From Eledone cirrhosa (lineage: Eukaryota): 64,000 bases of DNA. The notes beneath the pieces are model-generated. The model was given only the letters and a program-made list of their open reading frames with translations. It was not told where the DNA came from and ran no database searches. The DNA is taken from the NCBI GenBank assembly GCA_964016885.1, contig OZ024747.1, positions 66,526,001 to 66,590,000 of the forward strand, given 5' to 3'. This document shows positions 58,275-64,000 of this stretch, piece after piece (within the stretch, counting starts at the first letter, position 1; every line of letters starts with the position of its first letter). The position numbers and the translations under genes are program-made.

Positions 58275-58685
58275 TAATTGTTTCTGCTTTAGGCACAAGG
58301 CCAGCAATTTGAGGGGAGGGGAAAGTCGATTAAATCGACTCCACTGTATTACTGGTGCTTTATTTTATCGACCCCGTAAGCTAATTTCGGCGGGATTTTA
58401 ACTCCGAACGTAAAGGGCCTTAACTATGTGCCGCGAAGCATGTTGTCTGGCGCTCTACCGATACTGCCAATCCACCACCCGTAATACTATCATAATTGTT
58501 TCTACTTTTGACACAAGGCCAGCAATAACCCAGTGCATTACTGGTACTTTATTTTATCGACCCCTTAAGGATGAAAGGCAAAGTTAACCTCGGTGGGATT
58601 TGAACTCAGAATGGCAAGGGCCGTAACTCTATGCGTCAAAACATGGTGTCCGACCCTCTACCGATATTATCAATCCCCACCCCTT
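58275..58685 (-). mobile_element. Two tandem tRNA-derived SINEs
   Basis: Two successive copies of GCACAAGGCCAGCAAT..TTATCGACCCC..GGGATTT.AACTC..CTACCGATA. Confidence 0.85.
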
Positions 58686-59653
58686 ATTATAATAATAAAT
58701 ACTCTTAACACTATCACGTTACTACTGATGCTAAGGAATTAACTCAGTGAAGTAACTTCTATTCCTTCCTTCCTTATCTATACTCCATGTTGGAAAGCAT
58801 ATTAGCACGAAGGAGCTTTTATGACTGAGAGATGCTTCAATCAATGAATGAATATCGATTATAGCACTAACAATAACACACTGATTATCGAACACATAAG
58901 TGCAATTAATATTCTTGGTCGAAGGCGATAAATGATAGCATTCATTTTCAATTCACCGTATAAGCTTTTACAATTTCATTCTGATGAAGATTTCCGGGGG
59001 AAATTCTTTTCAAAGTGATACATCAAAAACTGCCTTTAAAATCTTTTTATTGATATTGTTGTTGTTGTCAATATTGGTATTGCTGTTAACATTGTAATTA
59101 TTGTTACTGTTGGTGATGATGTTGTTGATTTGATTTTTCATTTCACGGTTAATGATGTTGAAACAATAAATAATAAAACGGAATTATTATTGAGTAGAAA
59201 ATAATAATAAATTGATGTTTTTATTACCAGGTTATACGTTCAGCGAAAACGTTAATCATAAAATTTTAAACTAGTTTTAGCGAAGCAGAGTAAAGTTTCT
59301 ACTTTTTGCTTTCTACCAACAAAAAATAAGTATAGTCTTTTAAAGTTGGTCGTTATTTTCAATGTGACTTCCGGTGGATGTCATACAATGTCTCCTACAT
59401 TTAACGCCTTCATTTTCTTATCAACCTCTATCTACTTTATCTGTCTATTTTAGTTTGATGACATATTTAACATATGGACGCGTCATGGCTGAAATGATGT
59501 TCCGTGTTCGATGCCGTGGAGTGGCACCTTGAGCAAGTGTCTTTTACGAAAAATTTAATAAGGGAATACGAATGATCCTTAATTAAAATCATGAAATCGG
59601 ACTACAGTCGTGTTTTGAAGATGTACGGAAAAAAAGCTATTCCCTACTTATAT

Positions 59654-59762
59654 CTTCTTCTTCTTCTTCTTCTTCTTCTTCTTCTTCTTCTTCTTCTTCT
59701 TCTTCTTCTTCTTCTTCTTCTTCTTCTTCTTCTTCTTCTTCTTCTTCTTCTTCTTCTTCTTC
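59654..59762. repeat. (CTT)n microsatellite; (GAA)n at 60583-60646
   Basis: Directly visible. Confidence 0.97.
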
Positions 59763-60801
59763 GTTATTAGACTTTGGTTACCCATCTCCATCTCACGTAA
59801 TACTATTTCCAGTGACTGAGAAATATTTGGGTCCAGTGCTCATACATGGACGCTGGTGTAGCGACATAATCACACACTAAACTATTCACAGTGAGACAAA
59901 GCATGTTAATTATACGTGCACTTATTATATGAGTTCACAAACGATTTTATTCTGAACCATACTGTAATATTGCTCTCGTTAACATATATTTTCCCCTACG
60001 CCTAGACATTACTAAGGTTTTGTCTACATTGAATTTTGTTTAGTAAGTGAGACTATTGACTCTCTAGCTAATATTATATGCAAAGTATCTTTTACATCTT
60101 CATAACTATAGACCAGACCATCCTTTTATCAACCAATCAATTGTTCCAAATTTTCAGTCATATTGCCGCAGCTGAAAGTACAGTTAATCGTATTTAACTG
60201 TCGTAAAAAGAAAGTTACCATGATTATATATCTCCATACACAACAGCCGTCAGATATATATTAGATATTTATCAAGAAAATACCTTCTTACAAAGCTATT
60301 TTATAAATAAAAAGTAGCACCGTTTCGTGTGCGGTTGTGTGTGTGAATGCATGTGTTTGTGTTTCTCCATTTTCTTATGGTAAAATAACTAAATCAAATG
60401 AAACTATCTTTTAATATGAATATATTTTCAACAAACTTTCTATCTATATCAATAAGACACAATACTCTATATGATATCAGTAACATTATAGTTAGGCAAC
60501 TCCAATTCACATGAAATGTTGGCTTGATTTTTACCAAACAAAAGGTGGAAGGTTTTTCTTCTGTAAAAACTGATTTGCCCTTAGAAGAAGAAGAAGAAGA
60601 AGAAGAAGAAGAAGAAGAAGAAGAAGAAGAAGAAGAAGAAGAAGAAATATTTTTAAAGATAATATATATTGTTATTTTGTGAACGTATTATATGTTCTTA
60701 CATATATCATTTGAACATATTTGAACAGTGATAACAAAAATGTTTCCAGCATAGGAATAAAGCTACATTTAGGGGAGAGAGAGAGAGAGAAAGGGAGAGA
60801 A

Positions 60802-60883
<82 letters not shown>

Positions 60884-61989
60884 ATATAATTGAAAATAAA
60901 ATCACTGAAACTACGACCATCACTCACAATCGAGAATGCTTTGGTATTATGTACCATGCTTTGACTGGAGGATTTATGTAACGTTGTAATTGCAAGCAAA
61001 CACGAACACCATCTCGAATATCCCTCCTTTGATCCAGCGGAAAATTCGGGATATAATAACTAGAAGAAAACAAAGAATGAAATACTGAATCCGAAAGAAT
61101 AAAAAGCAAAGTTGATCGCAGGGTGCTTCGAATTCAGAGTGCAAAGAGCTGGAATATATATCTCAATATGTTCTATCCGACACTCTAAAGACTTTGCTAA
61201 ACGACTGCCTTAATTAGAATCAGTAGATGTATCACACAACTTCAGAGAAAAAGTAAAAATATGGTCGATAGATATCAGAATGAATACAAAACAAAATATG
61301 GTGAAGTCTAAAAAGGAATATGTAAAAAGGCTAGAAGGAATGTATACGCAGTATCAAAATTACAATATTTTATAAAATTAAGATGTTAACAGATTTAATA
61401 ATAAAAAAGAGAAGCCATAGATAATAGTTAATCTGTAACTCATATTGGAAGCGAAGTTTTTCTGTCATTACCATGTATGAACAAATTATAGAAACAAGTA
61501 TATGGAAGAAATTAATTCGACTAGAAAAAAAAGATAGGCGTGTGCAAGTTATGAAAGGATGCGGGAATATATTCTATCATCTACTGTTCCATTCGTCATC
61601 ACCACCACCGAATCAATATATTTTCTTACTTGTAAAAAGTGACCCTAAGTCCGAAATATTATGATATAAAGGTAAAAATATAAAATGTTGTTTTGTATAT
61701 TAGTCTTCCATCACTCGATTCTCCATCATTATATCTACAATGCTTATTATTGCCTTTTTCAAAACACCATATATATATATATATAAAGGGACAATAAGAA
61801 TTGCAGCTTTTTGTAAACTTCATTTCATATCACAATTGTTTCTGTATCGATCAGCTCGGGTTAGATTATGCGATCGGAACCCGACTCTTAATCGACACGT
61901 CTTCAGATATGAGAGTTTGCATCGGTGGTCCCATGTATATTGGATTGAATTAGTAACTTCACCGTATTTTTTACTGCAGAAGATAAACT

Positions 61990-62170
61990 AATAATTGTTT
62001 CTATTTTTGGCACAAGGCCAGCAATTATTCCAGTGTATTACTGGTACTTTATTTTATCGACCCCGTAAGGATGAAAGGCAAAGTTAACCTCGGCGGGATT
62101 TGAGCTCAGAACATAAAACGCCGTAACTCTTTGCTGCAAAGCATGGCCTCATACCCTTTACCGATACAGC
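61990..62170 (-). mobile_element. tRNA-derived SINE
   Basis: Family core and B-box complement. Confidence 0.85.
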
Positions 62171-62579
62171 CACAATTAATAAGCCCCTAGAACGCGAAAA
62201 TAAGAGGCGTGTGTTCGATTTCCACACAGGCTGATGCCCATTTTTCCATTCAAGAGGCATACATACTATTTATTAGTAGACTAGTTTCTGTAGTCAAGAA
62301 ATACGGTGAAGTTACAGAGAGACAGATAGAAAGGTTGATGTACAAAGAGATGATGAAATGCAAAGTGAACCACGGCATTATCTGAACTCAGAACACTCTA
62401 AAGACGCTGCGAAATCGACCGCATTAGGAGCATATATAGTATTTAGTATATATTATATACAGGATAGAGAATATATAGTATATATAAAGCATATATAGAA
62501 TATATTATTTATAGATACCTGCTGACTGGTTAGACAAGCAGATGTAGAGTGGGGAAAAGAGGGAGAGAGACAGAGGAAC

Positions 62580-62660
<81 letters not shown>

Positions 62661-62954
62661 GGGGTTTACTTGTATGTGTATTCTAGCATACACATTATAT
62701 ATCAATTTATATATTATATATAATATAATGCAGCATATATATTATATAGAATGGTGTTTTGATAGTTTTTTGCATAGAATGATTACTAATGAGAGCAGTC
62801 CGTGTGAATAGATCAGGCGTTGAGATCCAGCGTTTACTTGACATTACTGAGACCGAGAGACCGATTGGAAATGGTTTAGAATAGCTTTGGTGGACATTGT
62901 TGATGTACACACACATATATATATACACACACACACACACATATATATATATAA

Positions 62955-63061
62955 AAGGATAGAGGTGTAACACACAAGTTATGATATATTGATAAACGGA
63001 AAAGAAAATGCTGACAAATTGTTCACTGTGAACAATTTGTCAGCATTTTCTTTTCCGTTTA

Positions 63062-63068
<7 letters not shown>
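62955..63068. mobile_element. Short fold-back of the 5550/54832 family terminus in (TA)n
   Basis: About 81-bp palindrome centred on 63027 (GTTCAC-T-GTGAAC). Confidence 0.75.
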
Positions 63069-63132
<64 letters not shown>

Positions 63133-63357
63133 GTATATGTAAATATATATAAATATATTTACTTATATATAAATATATATATATAAATACATTTATAAAT
63201 ATATATATATGTTTATTTTTAGTTTTATTTTTATTTTTTAAATTTTTATTTATACCCACTCCACCGTTTTTCCTCCCTTTCCTCTACCCCCTTTTCTCTA
63301 AATGTCTCTCCTCCACTCCCCTACACACCCTCGGAACTCTCTTCCCACCCACTTTTC

Positions 63358-63388
63358 GCCTGAAGAAGGGCTTATGCCCGAAACGTCG
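63358..63388 (+). ncRNA. Minimal hammerhead motif in a PLE 3' fragment (about 63250-63476)
   Basis: gc CTGAAGA a gggc-ttat-gccc GAAAC GTC gt; AATAAA at 63422; fragment ends in (TA)n. Confidence 0.6.
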
Positions 63389-63470
63389 TTCCCCACCCCC
63401 CACTCTCAAGAGCGTGAAACTAATAAACCTTTGTTTGTACTGCCTCTCTGTTTTGTTCCCGTTCCATTTT

Positions 63471-63539
<69 letters not shown>

Positions 63540-63608
63540 TATGAAGAGAGAAGAAACATTTAGATATAATTAGTAATAAAATGTATCATACCTAAACTGT
63601 TCCTAAAT

Positions 63609-63696
63609 TCCTCGACTACGTAGTTTCGTGGCATAAACAAAAACAATATATCAAAGATATAGAGTCCTTGCGAGGTCTGCCGACTTATCAAGAGGA
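63609..63696 (-). ncRNA. Type I hammerhead ribozyme, U3-A8 variant, in a PLE-like fragment running off the window end
   Basis: Minus strand: tcctc TTGATAA gt.ggca..tgccac GAAAC-TACGTA-GTC gagga. Confidence 0.8.
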
Positions 63697-64000
63697 TACC
63701 TCATTTTACTAGTCTCAAGAACGCGTCTACACGACGTGAGAAAGAATCCCAAAAGGCGGAGGGGGAGATAGTCACGCGATATAACGGTCGAGAAACAGAG
63801 CTAAGCCTCTTATAACCACGAAGAAAATACCACGGAGGCGGAGGGGGTATTCATATCGAGGCCGTAGAAGAGGTAGTGAAGAAGGCGAGAAGTATGAGTA
63901 ATGGAAGCTTTCCAGTTGTCCCCACACTTCAAAGATTGCTCGACCAGAGGGAGTTATTAATATATTTAGAAACACACAGATACATGCGGACACACACATA

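Overview
AT-rich, microsatellite-saturated eukaryotic (metazoan) DNA. The repeat landscape suggests a mollusc such as a cephalopod; this is inference. I can support no host protein-coding gene, and nearly all listed short ORFs are microsatellite artefacts. The window is dominated by retroelements. (1) About 20 Penelope-like element (PLE) insertions or fragments, almost all in (TA)n arrays, including a near-full-length RT+GIY-YIG element (46523-51479) with one in-frame stop and a 1.56-kb inverted copy. (2) An L1/Tx1-like LINE inside a (TCTA)n array. (3) RTE and CRE-like LINE remnants, many tRNA-derived SINEs and two MITEs. The main observation is that PLE families with little shared sequence show one terminal layout: hammerhead-ribozyme motif, usually an AATAAA, the end of the inverted arm, a 4-7 nt gap, then an RCUC-stem-UU-bulge-GAGY hairpin with compensatory base changes. 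This hairpin is a candidate RT-recognition or initiation element. All structures were paired by eye, so boundaries are approximate to a few nt.
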